In this document: in pieces, positions 1-10,403 of the stretch
Layout of the letters: every line of letters starts with the position of its first letter
Position numbering within the stretch: position 1 is the stretch's first letter
Source: Octopus sinensis
Lineage: Eukaryota
Length of the DNA stretch: 24,007 nt
Assembly: GCF_006345805.1 (NCBI RefSeq)
Contig: NW_021836419.1
Location: forward strand, 1-24,007
Direction: 5' to 3'
Notes under the pieces: model-generated
Database searches by the model: none
The model's input: the letters and a program-made list of their open reading frames with translations, nothing else
What the model was told of the DNA's origin: nothing
Translations under genes and position numbers: made by a program

Positions 1-39
1 ATATGTGTAGAAGCACACTTTCATGGTTTTAAGTTCCCA

Positions 40-250
40 CAGTTTAACCTCTGATCTATCCTAATCAAAAAGATTTATGATTAAACGCTCCAGCCATGAC
101 AATCGCCTCGTATTTTCAGACAATTTATCCAGTAATATTATTCGAGCTATTCCCGTCATTCCCTTAAGAAGACAACGTATAGTTTTGGAGTAGTGGATCT
201 CCTATTTCTAGCAGGTAGAGCCCAGACATAGAAATATTGCTTAATAAATG
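40..250 (-). mobile_element. Interspersed repeat family D copy
   Basis: 40-140 is the reverse complement of 2441-2540 (ctaatcaaaaag...atgattaaacg...gacaatcgc...atttatccag). 200-215 carries the family motif ctatttctagc, the reverse complement of gctagaaatag. Confidence 0.65.
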
Positions 251-329
251 CATTTCACAACCACGTGACTTCCGGTTTTACTCTACAACGTGGCATCTTG
301 AACAACTCTTTTTTATCACTGTCTCCCAT

Positions 330-690
330 CTACAACGGTGACGATGATAACGACGACGACAACAACGACACGACGACGATGAAGATGAAGATGAAGACAA
401 CGGTGATGATGAAGATAATGACGACGAAGATGAAGATGATGACGATGATGACGACGATGATGATGTTGCCGATGATGATGATGTGCGAACGTGGTGGCGA
501 TGACGACGACGATGAAGATGATGACGACGGCGATGGTGATGATGTCGATGATGATGATGTGGCGATGGTGGTGACGATGATGACGATGACGATGATGATG
601 ATGATGATGATGATGACAAGGACGACAACGATGTTGATGATGAAGACGACGATGATGTCAACAATGAAAGTGATGACGATGACGATGATT
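330..690. repeat. Compound (GAT/GAC)n trinucleotide microsatellite
   Basis: Direct reading; explains ORFs 265..855, 278..664 and 330..716. Confidence 0.95.
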
Positions 691-966
691 TTGTTGCTCA
701 GCCGCAAGGACACCATTGACAGTCCTTATGTTGGTGACGTGGACAAGTTGAGAAGGATTAGATTAAACTTCCGTCTGGCTTCTGAACGGAAGACGCTTGT
801 TCACGCGCAAAATGGAAAGTCTCGTGCACACTCATTCGCCTCAGCCACACTTTAGCGACCATTATTAACCTTTCCCTTAAGTATTCCAAACAATACATTA
901 ACGATAGACATCCACCCGACACGCCAACAACACTTTGTCAATTCTTGATAAAATGTTTTAACCATA

Positions 967-1380
967 GGCGCAGGAGTGACTCTGTGGTAAGAAGCTTGCT
1001 TATCAACCACATAGTTTTTGGTCCTAACGCGTGACACCTTGGGCAAGTCTCTTCTATTATAGCTTCGGGCCAACAAAAGCCCTGAGAGTGGATTTGGTTG
1101 AGGGAAACTGAAAGAAGCCCTTCGTATGCATATATGTATATATCTGTGTGTGCATGTGTGTGTTTGTGTCTGTGTTTCTTCCCAACAACTGTTTGACAAC
1201 CGGTGTTGGGTGTATTTGCGTCCCCTTAACCAAGCAATTCGGCAAGAGAAGTCGATAGAATAAGTACCAGGTTAAAAAAAAATAAAAGATACTGGGGCGA
1301 TCCATTCGACTAAAATTCTTCAAGGTGGTGCCCCAGCATGGCCGCAGTCTAATGACTGAAACAAGTAAAAGATAAAAGAT
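967..1380 (+). mobile_element. tRNA-derived SINE family A, near full length (head + CORE-like segment + TG microsatellite + 3' body)
   Basis: Head ggcgcaggagtgactctgtggtaag, CORE-like accttgggcaagt, ggaaactgaaagaagccc, internal TG tract, tail ccccagcatggccgcagtctaatgactgaaacaagtaaaaga. Homologous to 2026-2429 in reverse. Confidence 0.85.
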
Positions 1381-1529
1381 GTTGAGCGTCCAGACCAGGG
1401 GTACTCAGCCATTTCTTTTTTACTTACGGATCCCTTCGATTCTTATTCTATTCAGATGGACCCTCGAGCCATTCGATCTTTAGAAAGTCCTGTTATATTT
1501 TTACAATTAAATATAATTAGGAATTGATT

Positions 1530-1575
1530 TGATCTAGTTTCAGCTCACGAGCTGTGGCCATGCTGGGGCACTGCC
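1530..1575 (-). mobile_element. SINE 3' tail fragment nested in the hAT MITE
   Basis: Reverse complement reads ggcagtgccccagcatggccacagctcgtgagctgaaactaga, matching the family A tail motif ccccagcatggcc. Confidence 0.6.
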
Positions 1576-1658
1576 AAATTATAAAATTATAAAATATTTT
1601 ATGTAGTCTAAGACCTATAACCAGTTTATTGCAGATAATATTAACGATAAAATCTTAT

Positions 1659-1883
1659 ATGGACTCCAAGACTCATATGGGTTCCAAGAGTCACATGGAC
1701 TCCAAGAGTCATATGGACTCCAAGAGTCACATGGACTCCAAGAGTCACATGGACTCCAAGCGTCATATGAACTCCAAGAGTCATATGGGCTCCAAGAGTC
1801 ATATGGGCTCCAAGAGTCACTTGGACTCCAAGAGTCATATGGACTCCAAGGGTCACTTGAACTCCAAGAGTCATATGGACTCT
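1659..1883. repeat. 18-bp minisatellite, 12 units plus a partial, consensus atggactccaagagtcay
   Basis: Direct reading. Each unit is quasi-palindromic (GACTC-caa-GAGTC). The array abuts the right TIR of the MITE. Confidence 0.95.
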
Positions 1884-1963
1884 GGTTGAGAACCATTGCT
1901 CGAGACTTAACGGTACACCTCAGCAGGATTACAGGCAAGTCCACCGCCATTAATTTTAATCCA

Positions 1964-2002
1964 TTTAATCAACGGATTAAACGGATTAATCCGTTGATTA
2001 AA
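1964..2002. repeat. Perfect 17-bp inverted repeat with 5-nt loop
   Basis: tttaatcaacggattaa (1964-1980) / acgga / ttaatccgttgattaaa (1986-2002). Confidence 0.9.
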
Positions 2003-2025
2003 CACATAAGTTTCTTTTAATATTT

Positions 2026-2429
2026 CATTCTTTTATTTGTTTCAGTCATTTGACTGCGGCCATGTTGGAGCACCGGCTTTAGTCGGACAAATCGACCCCA
2101 GAACTTATTCGCTGTAAGCCTAGAACTTATTCTATCGGTCTCTTTGCCGAACCGCCAAGTTATGGGGACGTAAACACACCAGCATCGGTTGTCAAGCGAT
2201 CGCGGGTGGACAAAGACACACACACACACACACACACACCACACACACACATATGCATATATATACGACGGGCTTCTTTCAGTTTCCGTCTACCAAATTC
2301 ACTCACAAGGCTTTGGTCGGCCCGAGGCTATAGTAGAAGACACTTGCCCAAGGTGCCACGCAGTGGGACTGAACCCGGAACCATGTGGTTGGTAAGCAAG
2401 CTACTTACCACACAGTCACGCCTGCGCCT
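2026..2429 (-). mobile_element. SINE family A, full-length, best-preserved copy
   Basis: Reverse complement begins aggcgcaggcgtgactgtgtggtaag (A-box-like) ... ggttcagtccc (B-box-like) ... gtggcaccttgggcaagtgtctt. It has an internal CA tract and the tail gactgaaacaaataaaaga. Confidence 0.9.
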
Positions 2430-2440
2430 ATGTTTGAATA

Positions 2441-2540
2441 ATATTCCTGGATAAATCGCCTGAATATACGATGCGATTGTCGTGGTTGGAACGTTTAATC
2501 ATGACTTTTTGATTAGGAGTGATCTGGGGCTAAATTTTAG
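2441..2540 (+). mobile_element. Family D, 3' part
   Basis: Inverted homolog of 40-140; ends gatctggggctaaa. Confidence 0.6.
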
Positions 2541-2722
2541 GAACTTATATATGTATAAAGAGAGCGAGTTATGCATGTATATTTTTCTTGTGTTAAACAC
2601 CCTTTAATCCATTCATTAAACACAATAGAGTTCAAAAATAAGCTTGTTTTTTATTCTTTTGCTGTGAACTTTCCTCGCTGTGAATTGATGACGGTGAACT
2701 TACCGGACACGTCTCTCAACAG

Positions 2723-3165
2723 AGGTATGGCTGGGTAGTTAAGGAGCTCGCTTTGCAACCACGTGGTTTCAGGTTCAATACCTCTGCGGGGGCACCTTAG
2801 GTAATATAACCTCGGACCGAAATAAATTTGCCAGAGGGAAACTGTGTGGAAGCCCGGCCCATAACTGTGTGTATGTGTGTGTTTGTTTGTGTATGTGTTT
2901 GTTTGTGTGTGTGTGTGTGTGTGTGTGCATATGTATGTGTGTTTGTGTTTTCGTCCCCATCTTCCATCTGGCAATCGGTGTTGGTTTGTTTACGTACTCG
3001 TAAGTTAGTAGTTCGGCAAGAAAGAACGACAGAGTAAGCATTAGGCTTTAATACACACACACACACACACACACATAAGCACTGGGGACGATTTGTTCCG
3101 CTTAAACCCTTCAGCGGGGTGCCCCAGCATGGCCGCAGTTCAAGGAGTGAAAAAAAATAACAGAC
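2723..3165 (+). mobile_element. SINE family A, diverged copy
   Basis: Head ggtatggctgggtagttaag...ggttcaatacc, ggaaactgtgtggaagccc, TG tract, actggggacgattt, tail ccccagcatggccgcag. Confidence 0.75.
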
Positions 3166-3479
3166 AAAATACAAAGCTACCCTCCAACCACTTCTGATAT
3201 CCTCGTTCTTAATTATATCAACGACGTCGCGGTTTCATTTCGTTACATTTTTATTTAGGGAAGAAGGTTCCGTCCTTAAGTCTATAAAAACTTCGACATA
3301 TTTCTTCATGGCATGGACAGCGATAAAATAGCCAAGTCGGTCAAAATATGAGAATCTAAAGGAAGGGAGATAAACGAAAGAAAAAAAGGGAGCCAAAATG
3401 GTGGAACGGTTGCTTTTATTGTTAAAATATACAAACAGATTTAAATGTTATTTTTGTGTTATTGATAAACGTTATTATC

Positions 3480-3640
3480 AGAAGATCGAAGGCATTCCAA
3501 CTATGGCCATTCTGTCTGTCAAGGACTATCTAAGATTCTCTACCCAATGCATCCTGTCCTTACTTATGATGATGTGATTTGAAGAAGACTTGGCTGCTAT
3601 TTCTAGCAAGTTAGTCATTTAGAAGTTTATTCATTGATTC
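3480..3640 (-). mobile_element. Family D copy
   Basis: Reverse complement contains gctagaaatagcagccaag...caaatcaca...atggccatagttggaatgccttcgatc. Confidence 0.6.
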
Positions 3641-3694
3641 GAGATCTATTCGGGACGAATTACTGGTATGTTTCGTTTCTCTGCTGTGGGGCAA

Positions 3695-3800
3695 GTGTAT
3701 GGCTCAATAGGTAGCAAGTTTACGTGACAGATGTAGAGGCCCAAGTTCGATCCTCGTGGCCGTGCAATGTGATCCTCGGGTCAACTGTAAACTTTTGAAG
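3695..3800 (+). mobile_element. Old tRNA-like SINE head
   Basis: A-box-like tggctcaataggtag and B-box-like gttcgatcc at tRNA-like spacing; no complete cloverleaf. Confidence 0.4.
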
Positions 3801-4261
3801 GAACGCGAGGGGACAATAACTCTGTGACCTTCCATACGGTGATTTACACTTGTAAGTCAAATGGTTTGCCCCGTGTTTTTCTGAATCAACCAAAGGATTC
3901 AGTTGAGGGTAGACATGACCGTGCAACACAGCTGTTTCCACGCAAACCGAGAGGCAGTTCATATCCACGTGTCGGTTGATCATTGTATTCTTCATAAATA
4001 CCTGCCAGCTACAATCTCTTTCCAGTCTCTCTTTCGCTCCTTTGCTCGCAGTGTCCGTTTGTCTCTGTCTGTCAGCCATTCCATCTACCTATAGAACGAT
4101 GGCGAGCAGTTAATGTCAGTCGAAACTAGTCTAGTATCTAGAGAGAGAATTGTGTGTGTATGTGTGTGTGCGTTTGTGCGCACGCGTGTATACATACATA
4201 TCTATCTATCTACCTGTCTACCTATATATCTAGATATCTATCACTGCCTATCTATTTGTCT

Positions 4262-4555
4262 ATCTTCGGTCATGACTGACCATGGGATTGCACCTAGAAA
4301 GTTACCCTCCGAGGCACAAGTCTGAGCAATGTTGTTTGAGGAAGACCAGCAGTCGCCCATGCATACCAGCCTCCCCTCTTCACGCCACCAGTGTTAGCCA
4401 AAAGAAAGGCAAAGGGGCCGATACAGCTTGGCACCTGTGACGTCGCAACTCATTTCTACAGCTGAGTAAACTGGAGCAATGTGAAATAAAGTGTCTTGCT
4501 CAAGAACACAACACGCAGCCCGGTCCAGGAATCGAACCCACAACCTCACGATCGC
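4262..4555 (-). mobile_element. SINE family E (tRNA B-box + CORE-like segment), 5' end lost into (TA)n
   Basis: Reverse complement: gggttcgattcctgg...gttgtgttcttgagcaagacactttatttcac...gaaatgagt. The segment is shared with 17167-17310. Confidence 0.75.
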
Positions 4556-4596
4556 ATGTATATATATATATATATATAATATATATATATTATATA

Positions 4597-4649
<53 letters not shown>

Positions 4650-4650
4650 A
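4556..4650. repeat. (TA)n microsatellite
   Basis: Direct reading. Confidence 0.95.
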
Positions 4651-4840
4651 ATAGCTTATATCTTCTACTTGGTTCAGTCATGAGGCTGCGGTCATGCTGG
4701 GGCATAGTCTTGAAGAGTTTTGTTAGAACGAACCGACACAGCACATTCTTTAAAAAAAGGATGGTACTTGTTCTACCAGGGTCTGTGGCTGAATCAATAA
4801 ACTACGGTCAATAAACACTCCAACACCGGTTGCAAAGTGG
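4650..4840 (-). mobile_element. SINE family A, 3' body only
   Basis: ttcagtcat...gctgcggtcatgctggggca...ggtacttgttcta...taaacactccaacaccggttg is homologous to 2040-2195. Confidence 0.7.
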
Positions 4841-5272
4841 TGATATAAATGCATATACATATACACATGTACACATATGTACATATACATATACAAACAC
4901 ACACACATATATATATAAATAAACAGATATAGGGTGAAAGATTGTTAATTTAATAAAATCAACAAATTTCACCAAGTAGTTTTTCGGTATGGAAAAGGAC
5001 CATATTCGGTAAAAACCTATACAAAAATTCTTTTATATATATAATTATAACAATAAGGGTTTAGCAACAATTTGCTTGACCACATACCGAAAATTTAAAA
5101 AATAGCAACCAAAAGACTATTATTTCCTTTTTCTACAAAAATATGTCTCCTCAGACAACAATATTTGTAACTCACACATGGCAAAAAAGAAGAAAAATAA
5201 TGAAATCAAACAGTCATCGATTAATTATGGACGCGTTTCTGGATTAGAATCATAAGATTCATTTCCGTATCA

Positions 5273-5541
<269 letters not shown>

Positions 5542-5577
5542 GCAAGATTTTTTATGTGAAGTCGTGTGTTGAAACAG

Positions 5578-5739
5578 ATATTGTTATATTTCGGAATGGT
5601 CATATTGCCAGTTTAGCCGAAATAAGATTAAGATTAATGTAAAAAATAAATAACACTGAAGCAAAATAACACCAAATATATAGTGCGTGTGTTTTTATTG
5701 GCTAAACTGGCAATATGACCATTCCGAAATATAACAATA

Positions 5740-5740
<1 letters not shown>
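5578..5740. repeat. Perfect 41-bp inverted repeat with 81-nt spacer (MITE-like or retroelement end inversion)
   Basis: atattgttatatttcggaatggtcatattgccagtttagcc (5578-5618) is the exact reverse complement of 5700-5740. Confidence 0.9.
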
Positions 5741-5774
<34 letters not shown>

Positions 5775-5776
<2 letters not shown>

Positions 5777-5877
5777 GGCTCCGGGTTCAGTCCCACTGCG
5801 TGACACCTTGGCCAAGTGTCTTCTACTAAGCTTGTGAGTGGATTTGGTAGACGGAAACTGAAAGAAGCTCGTCGTAT

Positions 5878-5878
<1 letters not shown>
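5775..5878 (+). mobile_element. SINE family A head fragment
   Basis: ccgggttcagtcccactgcgtgacaccttggccaagtgtcttctacta...ggtagacggaaactgaaagaagc. Confidence 0.85.

Positions 5879-5960
<82 letters not shown>
5879..5960. repeat. (TA)n microsatellite
   Basis: Direct reading. Confidence 0.95.
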
Positions 5961-5962
<2 letters not shown>

Positions 5963-5983
5963 ACGTACACAATTTACAAGCGG

Positions 5984-6118
5984 TTCTGTTTTAAGTTCTG
6001 TCTGCTAAATCCGCTCACAAGGTTTCAGCTATAGTAGACGACACTGGCCAAGGTCCCACACAGTGGGTCAGAGCCCGCAACCATTTAGTTGGGGAGCAAA
6101 CTTCTTACCACGCAGCCA
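5984..6118 (-). mobile_element. SINE family A head fragment, diverged
   Basis: ctcacaagg...ctatagtagacgacactggccaagg...cagtggg...cttcttaccac matches 2300-2420. Confidence 0.7.
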
Positions 6119-6341
6119 GTATCAGAAATGAAATAAATGACAAGGCAATAAGGAAATCTCCTAAATTCCTTTTATCTTTTGATCTGTTTCTGCCTAAGTA
6201 TACGATGCGCTCGTTGTTGGGTGATTGCTATTTATTACATTTCTTTCTTCTGACTGCTCTGAACTTGACCGACTCTTTGTTCAGAAACATAGATATATTC
6301 AGTTCTAACACCAGCTTATTAGTATCGCTAAGCTTAAGCGA

Positions 6342-6421
<80 letters not shown>

Positions 6422-6443
6422 AATAATAATAATGATGATGATG

Positions 6444-6502
<59 letters not shown>
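6342..6502. repeat. (AAT)n microsatellite
   Basis: Direct reading. Confidence 0.95.
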
Positions 6503-6503
<1 letters not shown>

Positions 6504-7056
6504 CCCTGATGCAGTAATAGGCAGTGACTCTCATGTCTCCTGATCTTAACTGATTGGAAGTGTTATCATGTACATTGTTTTGTCTTGGTATAAAAGATGG
6601 GCTACAGCAAATATTCTACTCAATACCACAGATTTGCTTGTCAGTTGTTTGACCTTAACCAGTTGATCATGTCCCTTAGTGGCTGGCGATATGTGCATCT
6701 CTGATCACGAGCAGAAGTAGTGGGGGAGCATCATAGCCGTGTGTTGAGAGGGATTCTTTGGGGTTTGAATAATTCACCTCTGGAAACATGGGTGTTTCGT
6801 TCAACATCCTTAAACAACCCTTATTCAGGGACCTTTCGAGTGGGATGGGATACTCGACCTGAAGAAAATTCTAACTGGGCCCCACCTGCAAGGTCATGTG
6901 CTGTTTATCTTGATATGAGATCACCATGTCGCGCACATATGGTTGTGATGCATGTGTCTGGTGTACCCTTATCAAACGGGTAGTCATGATGGGTATGCTG
7001 GGCTTTGTATATTTTACCCCAGTGTCACTTTGATGGCATGCACTGCTCTCTCACTC
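6503..7056. mobile_element. ~554-bp non-coding element bracketed by (AAT)n, copy 1
   Basis: Starts aat|gccctgatgcagt and ends ctgctctctcactc|aataat; collinear with 7118-7634. Confidence 0.8.
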
Positions 7057-7115
<59 letters not shown>

Positions 7116-7117
7116 AT

Positions 7118-7634
7118 GCCCTGATGCAGTACCAGACAGTGGCTCTCATGGCTCCTGATCTTGACAGGTTGTAAGTGTTATCATGTACGTTGTTTTGTCT
7201 CGGTATAAAAGATGGGCTGCAGCAAATATTCTGCTCAATACCACAGATTTGCTTATCAGTTGTTTGACCTTAACCAGTTGATCATGTCCTTTGGTGGCTG
7301 ACGATATGTGCATCTCTGATCACGAGCAGAAGTATTTGGAGAGAATCATAACCATTAATTGAGAGGAAATTCTTTGGAGTTTGAATAATTGACCTCAAGA
7401 ATAATAGGTGTTTCGCTCAACATCTTTAAACAACCCTTATTCATGGACATGTTGAGGTCCCACCTGCAAGGTCATGCGCTGTTTATCTTGACATGAGATC
7501 ACTATGTCGCGCACATATGGTTGTGATGCATGTGGCTGGTGTACCCTTATCAGACGGGTAGACATGATGGGTATACTGGGCTTCGTATATTTTACCCCAG
7601 TGTCACTTTGATGGCATGCACTGCTCTCTCATTC
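7118..7634. mobile_element. Same (AAT)n-bracketed element, copy 2 (internal ~40-bp deletion)
   Basis: Same termini as copy 1; lacks the segment around tgggatgggatactcgacctgaagaaaattctaactgg (about 6841-6878 of copy 1). Confidence 0.8.
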
Positions 7635-8149
7635 AATTGTAATAATAATAATAATAATAATAATAATATATATATATATGTATATATATATATAAGTGTA
7701 TGTATGTATGTATGTGTCTATGTATGTATGCATCTTTATCTCCTCCCCCCCCTCTCTCTCTCTCTATATATATATAATATATACACACCCATTTATATGC
7801 ACAAACATAGACACACATTTACACAAACACTACACACACACACACACACATAGATATCTATGTTTAGTGTCACACAAAGTTTGTCTGAGGATTATGTCAA
7901 ATGTAATTAGAAGCACCTGTGTGTGTGCGCGCGCGCCCGCGTTTAGTCCTAGTGAATCACGTAGGAGATTAAATCAATCAGCAGAGATATTTCGGTGGAT
8001 CGAACCATCTGGAACATCGAATGTCACAGCTGACGTCGAGATCAATCAAAATCCCTGGTGTTCTATTGAAAGTAGGGGATCAGGCGACCGAATTGCTGTG
8101 GTCCCTTGAGCCAGGTACAATACAATGTAACCCTAGAACCCACTCTCCC

Positions 8150-8690
8150 GCCCTCTGTCTGTGTGTCTGTCTGTCTCTCTTTCTCTCCCTGTCTTTGTTT
8201 CTCTTTCCCTCTCTCTCATCTCTCTCTCTCTTTCATGCTTGTCTGTCTGTTTGTCTCTCATTGTTTCTCTCTTTCTCTCTCTGTCTCTTTTTCTATCTGT
8301 CTGTCTGTCTGTCAATCTGTCTGTCTTTCTCTGTCTTTGTTTCTCCCCCTCTCTCTCTCTTTCTCTCTCTCTATTTCTGTCTCTCTTTCTTTGGCTGTCT
8401 GTCTGTTTGTCTCTCCGTCTTTTCTTCTCTCTCTCTCTCTCTCTATTTCTGTCACTCTTTTTCTGTCTGTCTGTCTGTCTCTCCGTCGGTCTCTCTCTGT
8501 CTCTCTCTCAGTCACTCCTTCTGCCTACTTATCAGCCAATCAGTCTGTCTGTTTTTGTCCTTCTCTCTCTCTCTAACTCTCTATCTCTGTTTCTTTCTCT
8601 CTCTCTCTCTCTCTCTACCTCTCTCTCTCTCTCTCTACCTCTCCTCTCTCTCTACCTCTCTCTCTCTACCTCTCTCTCTCTCTCTCTGTC
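8150..8690. repeat. (CT)n/(CTGT)n polypyrimidine tract
   Basis: Direct reading; explains ORFs 8021..8827, 8106..8576 and 8161..8697. Confidence 0.95.
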
Positions 8691-8749
8691 TGGTTGAGCA
8701 TCATCATATTGCGCACTCGTACGATATATCATACGAGCAGGAAGATGGG

Positions 8750-9030
8750 GTATGGGGAGAAGCAGAAAAATTGGGGGGGGGAGAAGCAGAAAAAGAGGGG
8801 GAAAGAAGGATTGTAAGAAGAAAATAGGGAACAGAGATAAAGGAGCAAGGGAGAGAGAGAGAGAGAATCACGGAAATGCATGATGAGAACCAGAAACAAC
8901 AACAGCTAAAGAAGGAAGAAGATATGACAGGAAGAGAGAGAGGGGGAGGGAGGGGGAGGGAGAAAGATGGAATGAGAGGGGGAGATAGAGAGGGAGAGAG
9001 TGTGGGAGAAAGAGAAGGAGGGGCTAGAAA
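8750..9030. repeat. GA-rich polypurine tract
   Basis: Direct reading. Confidence 0.9.
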
Positions 9031-9089
9031 TGATAATGAAGGCAAAAACAGTAAATATAATGAATGGAACTTGTCACGCTTTACTCTTG

Positions 9090-9771
9090 ATGATGTGGAA
9101 GGTAATGATGATGATGGGAGGATGATGATAGTGATGATGATGACGGTGATGAAGATGATGATGATGATGATGATGACGATGATGACGATGATGATGATGA
9201 TGGTGATGCTGCTGCTGCTGATGATGATGAAGATGATGATGATGAGGAGGAGGAGGAGGAGGAAGAGGAAGGGAAATAGACTGAGAACAAGAGGGGAAGA
9301 ATAGGAGAACGACGAAGACGGCGAAGAGGGATGGCGATGATGATGATGGCTGCCACCATGAAGTCCAGGTTTCTATTTGATGATGCTTTGATTTGGTACA
9401 AAACACACAAACAAATGCATCCATCCATACATACATACATACATAGACACACACATACATGTATTCATAGACGCACATACATATATACGTATATACACAC
9501 ACATATACACATATACATGCATACACGCATACATACGTATATATGCATACACGCATACATATACATATACATACACACCCATACATACATATACATGCAT
9601 ACATACGAGAAACAAATACACACACATACATACAAACACACATATATACATATAAACAAATGCAGAACCATGCTTGAAATACGAATATATACACATGTAC
9701 CACCACCGCCACCACCACCATTTCCACTGACAACACCACCACCATCAACGCCGCTGCCGCTGCTGCTGCTG

Positions 9772-9807
<36 letters not shown>

Positions 9808-9822
9808 TACTACTACTACTAC
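9090..9822. repeat. Compound microsatellites: (GAT)n, (GAG)n, (CATA/CA)n, (CAC)n, (GCT)n, (CTA)n
   Basis: Direct reading. Confidence 0.9.
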
Positions 9823-10264
9823 AAGCAATGGTCATCGAGGATGTTCAACTGTGTACTAACAGAACACGCTTGCAGGCGTACACACAAACACACACACACG
9901 TGCAATACACACACGCACACACACACATAAGCACATTTATACAACAATCTATAACACAGCTTCCCACACCTTCACACTCACACACATTCGCAGTACGCAA
10001 TCTATAACAACCGTCTGTACACTAACACACAGCTATTTATACATACATACATATACACACATTGACCAAAAATCCATAAGCGCGCACAACTTATACGCAA
10101 GTGCACTACTCTCACACACATCTACGTGCATACACTCGATCAATATACATCTACAAACACATGTATACAATAATACGCCATATATATATATATACACTTA
10201 CTCACAGCATACATTCACACACGGAACCACACAGCACTCACATGCCAACAAGGAAGCTTCTATA

Positions 10265-10370
10265 AGGTCATTGAACTCATTAGAAATAGTAGCGAGATTC
10301 CCCTTAAATTGTACTCGGATGCCTTATTATCGAAAGAGAAAGTGAAAGTACGGTTAATATAGCTAGTAAG

Positions 10371-10403
<33 letters not shown>

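Larger units (their letters stand above)
1396..1898. mobile_element. hAT-superfamily (Charlie/Buster-like) non-autonomous MITE
   Basis: Left end caggggtactcagcc (1396-1410) matches the reverse complement of the right end, caatggttctcaacc (1884-1898), at 11/15. Flanking 8-mers gtccagac (1388-1395) and ctcgagac (1899-1906) match at 6/8 and resemble the nTCTAGAn target preference of Charlie/Buster hATs. Confidence 0.65.

Noticed and set aside
265-855. 196-aa ORF and the other long low-complexity ORFs (8021..8827, 9074..9835, 22494..23252, 23207..23995, etc.)
   Set aside because: They are translations of microsatellites that lack stop codons in some frames; no recognisable domains.
1659-1883. 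CRISPR-like array
   Set aside because: Units are contiguous with no unique spacers, the context is eukaryotic, and there are no cas genes.
1615-1950. Repeat proteins MDSKSH (+), YGLQES (+), PYDSWS (-) and MTLGVH (-) from the 18-bp array; superficial likeness to cephalopod His-rich or reflectin-type repeats
   Set aside because: Four frames are open simply because of the unit sequence, the reflectin motif is absent, and the array sits inside a hAT-like element. A tttattgcag acceptor (1634) and synonymous CAT/CAC variation in the MDSKSH frame keep a small residual possibility.
2340-2429. tRNA gene (also at 3695-3770, 15100-15192 and 17167-17235)
   Set aside because: A/B-box-like motifs are present but there is no complete cloverleaf; each continues into a SINE body.
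2696-2712. Strong minus-strand splice donor CCG|GTAAGT (others at about 22620 and 22740)
   Set aside because: The would-be exons lie in a SINE head or in simple repeats, with no acceptor or credible peptide.
3720-4079. 119-aa minus-strand ORF
   Set aside because: It overlaps a SINE-like head on the plus strand and a CT-rich tract; the peptide is not recognised.
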